From positions 1-54,827 of the IMG/VR virus record IMGVR_UViG_3300032282_002669: a stretch of DNA of 54,827 nt. One strand, 5' to 3'. Shown here piece by piece: positions 19,997 to 29,812 of this stretch. Every line of letters starts with the position of its first letter. Position 1 is the first letter of the stretch. A program made the translations under genes and the position numbers. The notes beneath the pieces were generated by a model. The model searched no databases. It was given only the letters and a program-made list of their open reading frames with translations, and was not told the origin of the DNA. This stretch comes from a virus (Duplodnaviria > Caudoviricetes).

Positions 19997-21982
19997 ATGT
20001 CTACTAAATCCAGATTAATCAGCGGCAGAGTACCGGTAAGTAACTCAGCCAATGTTACATCAGAACGCTATCAATACCTAGATTTAAGTTCAGCTGAACC
20101 AAATTTAGGCACAAGTAGTGTTGGTGATGTATTAACTTACGACAGTTCATATCCTGGTGGTAGAAGATGGATTCCGCAAAGCGATATTCGTGGATCAATT
20201 GGCCAAGCGGCTTATATTCAGGCTAATACGGCTTCAGCAAATACATTGTATATTTCTGGTGTAGATATTACTCAAAACAACAGAATTTCTACACTAGAAA
20301 CTGTTAACGGAGAACAAAATACTAGCATTAGTATTATTCAAGGTGTTAATGTTACTCAAAATACCAACATCACAAATGTTGATACTAAAGCACAAGCTGC
20401 ATTTGATAAAGCAAATACAGGATTAGCTTCTTCTGGTGGTTCAATCACAGGTTCATTATCTGTTTCACAAAACTTAACTGTTACTGGTAACTTAACTGTT
20501 CTTGGTAATTCAACCACATTAACAACCAATACATTAGATATTGGTGATTCATTAATCTATCTTGCTAATAATAATTTAACTTCTGATGCAGTAGATATTG
20601 GTATTATTGGTCATTACAATGATGGCGCAAATGCTCATGCTGGTATTATCAGAGATCCAAATGCCAAAGAATGGATTTTCTTCAAAGGTTATACACCAGA
20701 AGTTCAATCAAACAATCTTATAGATATTAATCATGCATCTTTTGCTAAAGCAAATGTACAAGCCAGTTACTTCAAAGGTAATGTAGTATTCTCTGATGGT
20801 ACCACTCAAACAAGTGCGGCTACCAATATTGATTCTTATGCTCGTGCAGTAAATGATTTACAAAATACTAACGTTACGGCAGTAAATACTTATGCTGCTG
20901 GTGCTTATGGTGCAGCTAACACCAATGCAACAAATATTACCATTATTCAAGGTGTTGATGTAGGCCAAAACACTAGAATGTCTATTATTGAGGGTGTTGA
21001 TGTAACACAGAATACCAACATTACCGCAGCATTTAATCAAGCAAATTCCGCAAATGTTTTAGCTCAATCTGCATTTGATAAAGCAAATACTGCATTATCA
21101 AATACCAATTTAAATGTTTCTGGAACGCTCAGAATGTTAAATCAGGGTGGTGATGAAGGTGGTGAATTATTTTTAGATAAACCAGCTACAAGCACATCTT
21201 TAGCAGCTGGTATAACAATTGACATTTTTCAAAACAAGTTAAGATTTTTTGAAACTGGTGGTAGTGTTCGTGGCGTCTTTATTGACATGGCAAATGGTGC
21301 CTCAGCAGGAGTTGGTACAGACTTATTAAATCCCGCTTCAGCACCAGATGCGGTAGCAAGAGCTACAGCCAGTGCGGCTTTTGATAAAGCCAATTCTGCT
21401 AATGTTTTAGCACAAGCTGCATTTGATAAAGCAAATACTGCTTCATCCAATACCATTATTATTCAAGGTGTAGACACTACACAGAATACTCGTATGACCG
21501 TGATTGAAGGTGTTGACCTTACTCAAAATACTAATATTACCAATGTTGATACTAAATCACAATCAGCATTTAACAAAGCAAATTCTGCAAATGTATTAGC
21601 TCAAGCCGCATTTGATTATGCAAATACAATTCTTTCTTTAGATAATAATATTGATTCTGTTGCAAGAACAACTGCAAACAACGCCTCATCAAATACTATT
21701 GTAATTCAAGGTGTAGATACTTGGCAGAATACACAGATTACTGCCGCAAGTTCTTTAGCACAAGGTGCCTTTGCAAGAGCAAACTCTGGTGCCAGAGCAA
21801 CAACAAGTAACACAGCACCTACAGGAAATACTGTTGGTGATTTATGGTTAAGTTTAACAGATGAAACATTATACATGTATTCATATGATGGTACAAGTAA
21901 CAATTGGGTAGATATTTCAGGACCTATATTGAGGTCATCTAATATTGTTGTTCAATACACCATCACAGCTAACGTAAGTTAA
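19997..21982 (+). CDS. Mosaic tail fibre protein
   Basis: IIQGVD/QNT and AQAAFDKAN modules; GHYNDG domain; GGDEGGEL motif; C-terminal SNTAPT...GDLW...NNWVDI domain. Confidence 0.75.
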   Translation: MSTKSRLISGRVPVSNSANVTSERYQYLDLSSAEPNLGTSSVGDVLTYDSSYPGGRRWIPQSDIRGSIGQAAYIQANTASANTLYISGVDITQNNRISTLETVNGEQNTSISIIQGVNVTQNTNITNVDTKAQAAFDKANTGLASSGGSITGSLSVSQNLTVTGNLTVLGNSTTLTTNTLDIGDSLIYLANNNLTSDAVDIGIIGHYNDGANAHAGIIRDPNAKEWIFFKGYTPEVQSNNLIDINHASFAKANVQASYFKGNVVFSDGTTQTSAATNIDSYARAVNDLQNTNVTAVNTYAAGAYGAANTNATNITIIQGVDVGQNTRMSIIEGVDVTQNTNITAAFNQANSANVLAQSAFDKANTALSNTNLNVSGTLRMLNQGGDEGGELFLDKPATSTSLAAGITIDIFQNKLRFFETGGSVRGVFIDMANGASAGVGTDLLNPASAPDAVARATASAAFDKANSANVLAQAAFDKANTASSNTIIIQGVDTTQNTRMTVIEGVDLTQNTNITNVDTKSQSAFNKANSANVLAQAAFDYANTILSLDNNIDSVARTTANNASSNTIVIQGVDTWQNTQITAASSLAQGAFARANSGARATTSNTAPTGNTVGDLWLSLTDETLYMYSYDGTSNNWVDISGPILRSSNIVVQYTITANVS

Positions 21983-21991
21983 GGATTAGAA

Positions 21992-23386
21992 ATGGCAATT
22001 AACGAAGGTCAAACAATACAATACACAGTAACCACGACCAATACGGCCGATGGTACAGTATTGTATTGGAAAACTACAGGCAACACCACAAACTCCGACA
22101 TACAAGGTGGTAACACAGGTTCAGTAACGATTACAAACAATCAAGCCGTGTTTAATGTGGAGGTAATTGCTGATACCACTACAGACGGAGTTAAAACTTT
22201 AGGTCTTAGTCTTTCTACAGGATCATTAAATGGTCCTACAGTAGTATCAACATCAAGTCCAATTACAGTTACAGATACTTCACGTTCACCACAATATTCT
22301 CTGTATTTTTGGGGTAGAAATTCTCCAGTAGGCATATCAGGAACAAATGATTCTGTGGATTTACCAAGATCCAGTCCAGTACAAATTGGAACTTCATCGT
22401 GGAATTTAATTTCAGTTGGTGATTATGTTGTTGCCGGCATTCAAACCAATGGAACTTTATGGACTTGGGGAGACGATCAAACAGGATCATTAGGACGACC
22501 AGATAAAATTAATAGATCCAGTCCAACACAAGTTGGTGCCTTGAGTAATTGGTCAAGTGTAGCTTCAGCTAGATACCATTGTGTGGCCGTTAAAACTGAT
22601 GGCACTTTATGGTCATGGGGATTGAGTGGAGGCGGAAGATTAGGAAATAATAGTGGCAATTATTCAAGTAGGTCTAGTCCCACACAAGTTGGATCAGGAA
22701 CAACATGGTCAAGCGTAAAAACAACAGTCTCAGCTTCTTTTGCGTTAAAGACTGATGGTACACTATGGACTTGGGGACCAAATTCTCTAGGTCAATTAGG
22801 TTTAAATTTAGGAAACATTTATAGGTCCAGTCCAGTTCAAATAGGATCACCTAGTGGATATTCTTGGACCACCATTGGAACAGGAGCATATTCCGTTGGT
22901 GGAATAACAAGTGATGGTTCATTATTTACTTGGGGTGGCGACCTTTCAAACTATGGGGTTTTGGGAGTAAATTCATCAGTCAGTAAGTCTGCACCAACAC
23001 AAGTAAATGGTTCTTGGTCAAAAATTGATTTTTGTACTAACGATACTGGTTTTGTCGGAATTAAATCTAATGGAACTTTATGGCAAACCGGATATGGGTT
23101 TTTTATTGGTAACGGAGGCATTAATGTTTCTAGTCCTGTTCAGCTTGGATCCAATTCAGATTGGGTAAATGTTTATGCAAATAAAGGTGGAGCTTTTATT
23201 ACAAAAGCCAATAACGCAGCTTATGTTTTTGGCCAAAATAATTGGGGTGGATTAGGACAAAATAATGCCATTTATCAGTTGGCTACAAACATGGTTCAAT
23301 TGGGTACAACAACTCAATGGAGAAATTTTGCCAGCACAAAAACATCCACAAACGACCAAATCGTGTTTGGTACCACACTGGACTAA
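21992..23386 (+). CDS. RCC1/BLIP-II-like beta-propeller protein with N-terminal Calx-beta/Ig-like domain
   Basis: Repeats of KTDGTLWxWG...LG...SSPxQxG (about 7 blades) after INEGQTIQYTVTTTN...VLYW. Confidence 0.85.
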   Translation: MAINEGQTIQYTVTTTNTADGTVLYWKTTGNTTNSDIQGGNTGSVTITNNQAVFNVEVIADTTTDGVKTLGLSLSTGSLNGPTVVSTSSPITVTDTSRSPQYSLYFWGRNSPVGISGTNDSVDLPRSSPVQIGTSSWNLISVGDYVVAGIQTNGTLWTWGDDQTGSLGRPDKINRSSPTQVGALSNWSSVASARYHCVAVKTDGTLWSWGLSGGGRLGNNSGNYSSRSSPTQVGSGTTWSSVKTTVSASFALKTDGTLWTWGPNSLGQLGLNLGNIYRSSPVQIGSPSGYSWTTIGTGAYSVGGITSDGSLFTWGGDLSNYGVLGVNSSVSKSAPTQVNGSWSKIDFCTNDTGFVGIKSNGTLWQTGYGFFIGNGGINVSSPVQLGSNSDWVNVYANKGGAFITKANNAAYVFGQNNWGGLGQNNAIYQLATNMVQLGTTTQWRNFASTKTSTNDQIVFGTTLD

Positions 23387-23428
23387 CAGAATAAAACCGA
23401 TACGAATTGGTCTAAAAGGAAATAAAAA

Positions 23429-23791
23429 ATGAGTCATTTTGCAAAAGTAGAAGATGGAACAGTAACACAAGTTATTGTTATTGAGCAAGATGTTTTAAAC
23501 ACAGGACATTGGGGTGATCCATCATCTTGGGTACAAACTTCATATAATACTAGAGGTGGTGTTCACACATTAGGTGGAACTCCATTGCGTAAAAACTTTG
23601 CTGGTATTGGGTACACATACGACAGAGTTCGTGATGCATTTATTCCACCAAAACCTTTTGCTTCTTGGAATTTAAATGAAGATACTTGTTTGTGGGATGC
23701 ACCAACTGAAATGCCAGTTGAAGAAGGTAAAATGTTTTATTGGGATGAACCAACAGTATCTTGGTTGGAATTTGTTCCACCGACAGAATAA
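23429..23791 (+). CDS. Conserved phage protein (MSHFAK family), possible fibre chaperone
   Basis: MSHFAKV...WVQTSYN...RKNFAGIGYTYD..RDAFIPPKPFASW.L.E.TC.W.AP; SD AAGGA. Confidence 0.7.
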   Translation: MSHFAKVEDGTVTQVIVIEQDVLNTGHWGDPSSWVQTSYNTRGGVHTLGGTPLRKNFAGIGYTYDRVRDAFIPPKPFASWNLNEDTCLWDAPTEMPVEEGKMFYWDEPTVSWLEFVPPTE

Positions 23792-23794
23792 ATA
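23787..23794 (+). promoter_or_regulatory. Late promoter variant AATAAATA
   Basis: Overlaps the stop of 23429, upstream of 23818. The same variant occurs at 29782-29789. Confidence 0.5.
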
Positions 23795-23817
23795 TAGAAT
23801 AATCTAGGACTAATTAC

Positions 23818-25347
23818 ATGGCTTTTCCACTATCACCAGCAAATAATCAAACTGCTCTAGTTAATGGCATTGTTTATCAATGGAATGCCGGACTTGGTGT
23901 TTGGAAAAGAAACGGTTCAGTTAACTCAATTGAAGTAGGACAGTTATTACTTAACTCTGCACAACAAACAACATCAAACGGATCAGGAACTTTAATTGTT
24001 TCTGGTGGTGCAGGCATAACAGGTAATGTTTATACTGGTGGAATCTTTATTACTGGTGCTGCAAACGGTATTACCTTTGCGGATGGTTCAGTACAAACTA
24101 CTGGTGCTACAGGTATAGATTCTTATGCTAGAACTACGGCTAATACAGCTTCATCTAATACTGTAGTGATTCAAGGTATAGATACAGCACAGAATACCCG
24201 TATGACTATTATTGAGGGCGTAGACACTACTCAAAATACTAATATTACCATTATTCAAGGTGTGGATGTTGGTCAAAATACTCGTATGGGTATTATTGAG
24301 GGCGTAGACACTACTCAAAATACTAATATTACCATTATTCAAGGTGTGGATGTTGGTCAAAATACTCGTATGGGTATTATTGAAGGTGTTAATACAACTC
24401 AAAACACTAATATTACAGCCGCTGATACTAAAGCACAAGCTGCTTTTAATGCCGCTAATACCAAGTTCTCATCTTCTGGTGGTACAATTACAGGTGATAC
24501 AGTAGTAACAGGAAACTTAACTGTAACTGGTACACAGTTCTATGCCAATACAGTAAACTTAACTGTTGTTGATAACATTATTACTCTAAACTCCAATGTA
24601 ACCGGCGCACCCACATTAAGTGCTGGTCTTGAAGTTAACAGAGGTTCATCTTCCAATACTAAGTTACTTTGGTCTGAAGCAAATACATCATGGGAATTTA
24701 CCAATAACGGATCATTCTATGATAAGATTGCTGGTTTAACATATGCTAATGCAGCATTTGCAGCTGCTAATACTAATGCAACCAACATTACTATACTTCA
24801 AGGTGTAGATGCAACACAGAATACCAACATTACTAATGTTGACACTAAAGCACAAGCCGCTTTCGATAAAGCAAACTCAGCCAATGTACTGGCACAGGCT
24901 GCATTTAATACTGCCAACTCTGCTGGTGCGGTAAGTATCACCGATGATACAACAAATAGTGGAACATATTATCCATTGTTATCGGTATCCGCCACAGGCA
25001 CACTCTCTACTTCAAATACATCCAGTTCTAAATTATCTTATGTACCATCAACTGGTACACTAACAACTGTAGACTTGAATACAACATCTGATATCAAGTT
25101 TAAAGAGAACATCCAAACGATTGATTCGGCATTGGAAATGATAAATAGAATAGACGGAGTTTCGTTTAACTGGAAAGAAACTGGTAAGAAATCTTATGGT
25201 GTGGTTGCTCAGCAGTTACAAGAAGTTTTACCAGAATTAGTTTCAGAAGAAGAACGTGGTTTATCTGTTTCGTACCTACCAATTATTGCAATTCTTATTG
25301 AGGCAATTAAAGAACAACAAAAACAAATAAACGATTTAAAAAAATAA
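23818..25347 (+). CDS. Tail fibre with C-terminal intramolecular chaperone (peptidase S74)
   Basis: TSDIKFKENI...GVSFNWK...GVVAQ...LPELV...SVSY...LIEAIKEQ is the S74 autocleavage domain. MAFPLSP N-terminus; QNT heptad repeats. Confidence 0.88.
   Translation: MAFPLSPANNQTALVNGIVYQWNAGLGVWKRNGSVNSIEVGQLLLNSAQQTTSNGSGTLIVSGGAGITGNVYTGGIFITGAANGITFADGSVQTTGATGIDSYARTTANTASSNTVVIQGIDTAQNTRMTIIEGVDTTQNTNITIIQGVDVGQNTRMGIIEGVDTTQNTNITIIQGVDVGQNTRMGIIEGVNTTQNTNITAADTKAQAAFNAANTKFSSSGGTITGDTVVTGNLTVTGTQFYANTVNLTVVDNIITLNSNVTGAPTLSAGLEVNRGSSSNTKLLWSEANTSWEFTNNGSFYDKIAGLTYANAAFAAANTNATNITILQGVDATQNTNITNVDTKAQAAFDKANSANVLAQAAFNTANSAGAVSITDDTTNSGTYYPLLSVSATGTLSTSNTSSSKLSYVPSTGTLTTVDLNTTSDIKFKENIQTIDSALEMINRIDGVSFNWKETGKKSYGVVAQQLQEVLPELVSEEERGLSVSYLPIIAILIEAIKEQQKQINDLKK
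24208..24375 (+). repeat. Perfect 84-bp tandem duplication (28 aa)
   Basis: 24208-24291 equals 24292-24375 (IIEGVDTTQNTNITIIQGVDVGQNTRMG). Confidence 0.9.
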
Positions 25348-25380
25348 TAATAATAAGCCGAGTACCTAAGAGGAACGAAG

Positions 25381-27123
25381 ATGGCAATCAAAATTAATAA
25401 TACTGTTGTTATAGACAACAGTAGAAATGCGACAATTAATGCAATCACAGCAAACACTATAACTGCCAACGGCACAGACCTTGGTACTGCTGTTGCTCAA
25501 GCCTACTTACTGGCCAATAATGCAAACCAAACAACTACATCTAATACTGCACCAACCAGTCCTAAAGTTGGTGATGCATGGTATGATACAATAACCGGTA
25601 TTACTTTTAGATACACCAACGATGGCACAAGTAATAACTGGGTAGATATTACAGGTCCACAGAATTCTGGTTACATTTATCAGTCATATGCAATTACTCC
25701 AAATACATCAACTGTTAGTGAAACTACTGGTAACACAGTAAGTTATACAGTCACAACCACCAATACTGCCGATAACACCGTATTATATTGGACCAATTCT
25801 GGTACAACTGTTGCATCAGACTTTAAAGATTCTGTAAGTAATGGTACGGTTACAATTGTAAACAATTCTGGAACATTTACAAGGTCAGTAATTGCGGATT
25901 TGGTGACAGAAGGTTCCGAAACGATTGTAATGAATCTTAGAACCGGTTCAAATACCGGTACAATCGTAGCCGTTGCAAGTTCTGTGTCCGTAGGTGATAC
26001 TTCACAGGATCCATATTACGCTATGTACTCTACAGGATATAATCAGACTGGTGAATTAGGCCTCAATGATAGAGGTGTTTATAGATCCAGTCCAACACAA
26101 ATAGGATCACAAAGCAATTGGAGAGTAATTGCATCAGGTGGAGCTAGTAGCTCAGGATTTAGTGCTGCAATTAAAACCAATGGAACTTTGTGGTTGTGGG
26201 GTCAAGGCAGTTATGGAAAATTGGGACAAGGTGATAACATTTCACGATCTTCACCCACACAAGTGGGAGCTTTAACATCTTGGTCGGATGTTGTTATTGA
26301 GCGAAATGCTCAAGCTTGCATGGCTATTAGAACTGATGGTACAATATGGACATGGGGAAATAATGCTTACACCGGAATACTTGGTCAGAATCAAGGTTCG
26401 CCGTTTTCTTTTTATGATAAAAACAGTCCAACACAAGTAGGAACAGACACAAGTTGGAGTAAAATTGGTGCAACAGCTGGCGTCTTTGCATCCATCAAAA
26501 CCAATGGCACTCTGTGGTTGTGGGGAAGTAATAGTTATGGAAAATTAGGCCTTGGTGATACAGATAATAGATCCAGTCCAACACAATTAGGATCAGGAAC
26601 AGATTGGGCCATCTTGCCAAAATCAGGTGGCGGGTCTTGGATGGGTGCTATTAAAACCAATGGTACTTTGTGGACATGGGGAGGAAATTGGCAGACTCAA
26701 ACAGGATCAAATAGATCCGGCAATTTTAATCCTGTTTTACCAACACAACAAACAGGATCAAATTGGTCTAAACTTGCAATTGGATCGGACCACGGACTTG
26801 CTATCAAAACTGACGGCACCTTATGGGGTTGGGGAAATAATTCAAGAAATCAATTAACAAATAGCGTAGCTGGCTATGGAAATATAACTCAGATAGGTAC
26901 TTCAACAACATGGGCAGAGGTTTCTACAAGCCAATATACAACTGTTGCATTAAAAACTGATGGCACGATATGGGGATGGGGAAGAAACGACTTTGGCCAA
27001 TTAGGGTTAAATGGTACTGTCGGTGGTTACTCAATAAGTTCTCCAAGACAAATTGGAAGTGCAACAAATTGGGGTGGAGTATCTGTTGGATCAATGACGT
27101 TACTAACAACAAATTCACAATAA
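25381..27123 (+). CDS. RCC1-like propeller protein with MAIKIN anchor, GDxW domain and intact Calx-beta/Ig-like domain
   Basis: MAIKINNTVVIDNSRN; SNTAPTSPKVGDAWYD...NNWVDI; YAITPNTSTVSE...ADLVTEGSET; about 7 RCC1 blades. Confidence 0.85.
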   Translation: MAIKINNTVVIDNSRNATINAITANTITANGTDLGTAVAQAYLLANNANQTTTSNTAPTSPKVGDAWYDTITGITFRYTNDGTSNNWVDITGPQNSGYIYQSYAITPNTSTVSETTGNTVSYTVTTTNTADNTVLYWTNSGTTVASDFKDSVSNGTVTIVNNSGTFTRSVIADLVTEGSETIVMNLRTGSNTGTIVAVASSVSVGDTSQDPYYAMYSTGYNQTGELGLNDRGVYRSSPTQIGSQSNWRVIASGGASSSGFSAAIKTNGTLWLWGQGSYGKLGQGDNISRSSPTQVGALTSWSDVVIERNAQACMAIRTDGTIWTWGNNAYTGILGQNQGSPFSFYDKNSPTQVGTDTSWSKIGATAGVFASIKTNGTLWLWGSNSYGKLGLGDTDNRSSPTQLGSGTDWAILPKSGGGSWMGAIKTNGTLWTWGGNWQTQTGSNRSGNFNPVLPTQQTGSNWSKLAIGSDHGLAIKTDGTLWGWGNNSRNQLTNSVAGYGNITQIGTSTTWAEVSTSQYTTVALKTDGTIWGWGRNDFGQLGLNGTVGGYSISSPRQIGSATNWGGVSVGSMTLLTTNSQ

Positions 27124-27137
27124 TAGGTAAAATATAA

Positions 27138-28364
27138 ATGTCTTTTCCATTATCACCAGCCAATAATCAAGTTACGCTTGAAAATGGTATATCGTATACC
27201 TATAATGCTTCAAGGAATTTTTGGTATAGAACACCCGCAACTGCGTTAGCTTCAATTACATCTAATACATTTACTGTTCTAAATTCAATCATATTTTCAG
27301 ATGGTACTACACAAACATCTGCTGCTAGTCCAAATGATTCATATGCTAGAACTACTGCTAATACTGCAACCAATAATATTACTGTTATTCAAGGTGTAGA
27401 TGTAGGTCAAAACACTAGAATGACTGTAATAGAAGGTGTAGATGTAACACAGAACACCAACATTACTATAGCAAATAATGCAGCTCAAGCTGCGTTTGCA
27501 CAAGCCAATGCAACTGCTGGTGGATTAACTACCGCCAATAGTAGAATCACGGTTGCTGAAGGTGTCGATACTACCCAGAACACTAATATTACCATAGCAA
27601 CCAATGCTGCAACAGCCGCATTTGCTCAAGCTAATGCAACTGCTGGCGGATTAACTACCGCTAATAGTAGAATCACGGTTGCTGAAGGTGTAGACACTAC
27701 TCAAAATACTAATATTACCAATGCGACTAATGCTGCAACGGCAGCTTTCACTAAAGCAAATACTGCAATCACCACATCAGGTGGTTCAATCACCGGTTCA
27801 TTAAATGTATCACAAGATTTGGCCGTTACAGGAAACTTAACTGTATTAGGAGCCACCACTTCCATTAACACAACTTCTTTTGTTGTTAGTGATTCTTTAA
27901 TCGTGATGGGTACAGGAAATTACACCTCAGATTTATTGGATATTGGATTAACGGCTCACTACAACGATGGCACTAACGCACATGCCGGTATTGTTCGTGA
28001 CGCTACAACCAAAGAATGGTATGTGTTCAAAGGTTACACACCAGAACATTCTGCAAATAACAACATTGATATTAATCATGCATCATTTGCTAAAGCAAAC
28101 GTTAACGCAAATTATTTTAAAGGTAACGTAATATTTCCAGACGGCACAGTTCAAGCTACAGCCGTAAATTTAAGAATGACTGGAAGTAGTACTCCACCAT
28201 CCACTCCAACAGTCGGTGATTTGTGGTATGATACAGATATCGATGTGTTGCTTCGTTACACATATGACGGATCATCAAACAATTGGGTCGATATTACTGG
28301 ACCAACAATTGGTAGGTCGTCATATATTCGACCAACATACTTAATATCTGCTAACGTAGCATAA
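27138..28364 (+). CDS. Mosaic tail fibre protein
   Basis: MSFPLSPANNQ N-terminus; 42-aa heptad-multiple repeats; HYNDG domain; C-terminal PTVGDLWYD...NNWVDI. Confidence 0.75.
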   Translation: MSFPLSPANNQVTLENGISYTYNASRNFWYRTPATALASITSNTFTVLNSIIFSDGTTQTSAASPNDSYARTTANTATNNITVIQGVDVGQNTRMTVIEGVDVTQNTNITIANNAAQAAFAQANATAGGLTTANSRITVAEGVDTTQNTNITIATNAATAAFAQANATAGGLTTANSRITVAEGVDTTQNTNITNATNAATAAFTKANTAITTSGGSITGSLNVSQDLAVTGNLTVLGATTSINTTSFVVSDSLIVMGTGNYTSDLLDIGLTAHYNDGTNAHAGIVRDATTKEWYVFKGYTPEHSANNNIDINHASFAKANVNANYFKGNVIFPDGTVQATAVNLRMTGSSTPPSTPTVGDLWYDTDIDVLLRYTYDGSSNNWVDITGPTIGRSSYIRPTYLISANVA

Positions 28365-28373
28365 GGACTAAAA

Positions 28374-29786
28374 ATGCCATTAAATGAATCTAGTTCAAAC
28401 ACTTCGATACAATATACAGTAACAACGACCAGAGTAACTGATGGTACAGTATTATATTGGAAAACTACAGGTAGTATTGCTAACTCTGATATTGTAGGAG
28501 GTAATACTGGTACAATTACAATTAATAATAATCGTGCAGTATTCAATGTTACTATTATTGCAGACAACGTGACTGAAGGTAATGAAACATTAGGTATTGC
28601 AATTTCTACTGGTTCACAGAGTGGACCAACAGTAGTATCAACGGCCAATCCAATTACAGTTAATGACACATCATTAGATCCATATTACGCTATGTACGCT
28701 ACAGGATATAATGTGAATGGAGAATTAGGTCTCAATGATAGAACCAATAGGTCCAGTCCAACACAAATAGGATCAGCAACAAATTGGAGATTAATTGCAA
28801 CTGGTGGATATGGCAATAGTGGTGGTTCAGGAGTTAGTGCTGGAATTAAAACCGATGGTACTTTATGGTTATGGGGATTTGGTCAATATGGCCGATTAGG
28901 CCAAAACGATACAATTTCACGTTCTTCACCTACACAAGTAGGAGCTCTAACATCTTGGTCTGATGTTGCCATTAGTGGTAATGCAAGCCATACAATTGCT
29001 CTCAGAACCGATGGTACATTATGGTTATGGGGAAAAGGTAATTATGGACAATTAGGTCAAGGTAATACAAGTCATCAATCCAGTCCAGTAGCAGTAGCAG
29101 GAACAAATTGGAGTAAAATTGGTGTAAGTGCGGGCCTGTCTGCAGCAATTAAAACGGACGGAACATTGTGGACCTGGGGAAATAATAGTTATGGAAAATT
29201 AGGACTTGGAGATAATACTAACAGAAATAGCCCGGTACAAGTAGGAACAGGAACAGATTGGTCTTATTTGAATAAATCAGGTGGTGGTGTTGCTATGGGT
29301 GCTATCAAAACCAATGGTACTTTATGGACGTGGGGAGGAAATTGGGAAACTCAAACAGGATCAAATAGAGATACTAGCGGAAATCCTTTCTATGGAGTAA
29401 GAAGTCCTGTACAACAAACAGGATCAAATTGGCTTAATCTTTATATGGGGTATGGTCACGGACTTGCAATCAAAACTGATGGTACGTTGTGGGGTTGGGG
29501 AAATAATTCAAGAAACCAATTAACAAATAGCGTAGCTGGTTATGGAAATATAACTCAAATAGGCAATGAAACAACGTGGGCTGCTATAGGAACTAATAGA
29601 TATGAAACTATTGGATTAAAAACTAATGGCACCATATGGGGTTGGGGTAAAAATTCTAGTGGACAATTAGGACTAAGTGAAGGTGATTATCCTTACATAA
29701 GTTCTCCAAGACAAATTGGAAGTGCAACAAATTGGGGTGCAGTAGCCACTGGATCAATGACTTTACTAACCACAAATTCACAATAA
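28374..29786 (+). CDS. RCC1-like propeller protein with N-terminal Calx-beta/Ig-like domain
   Basis: N-domain closely resembles that of 21992; propeller closely resembles that of 25381. Confidence 0.85.
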   Translation: MPLNESSSNTSIQYTVTTTRVTDGTVLYWKTTGSIANSDIVGGNTGTITINNNRAVFNVTIIADNVTEGNETLGIAISTGSQSGPTVVSTANPITVNDTSLDPYYAMYATGYNVNGELGLNDRTNRSSPTQIGSATNWRLIATGGYGNSGGSGVSAGIKTDGTLWLWGFGQYGRLGQNDTISRSSPTQVGALTSWSDVAISGNASHTIALRTDGTLWLWGKGNYGQLGQGNTSHQSSPVAVAGTNWSKIGVSAGLSAAIKTDGTLWTWGNNSYGKLGLGDNTNRNSPVQVGTGTDWSYLNKSGGGVAMGAIKTNGTLWTWGGNWETQTGSNRDTSGNPFYGVRSPVQQTGSNWLNLYMGYGHGLAIKTDGTLWGWGNNSRNQLTNSVAGYGNITQIGNETTWAAIGTNRYETIGLKTNGTIWGWGKNSSGQLGLSEGDYPYISSPRQIGSATNWGAVATGSMTLLTTNSQ

Positions 29787-29812
29787 ATAAAGAATAAATT
29801 TAGGAATATTAA

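Noticed and set aside
26790-29560. Diversity-generating retroelement TR/VR pair among near-identical RCC1 segments
   Set aside because: Differences between about 26790-26900 and 29457-29565 are mainly synonymous third-position changes, not adenine-specific, and both copies are coding. No reverse transcriptase lies in the window, though one elsewhere in the genome cannot be excluded.
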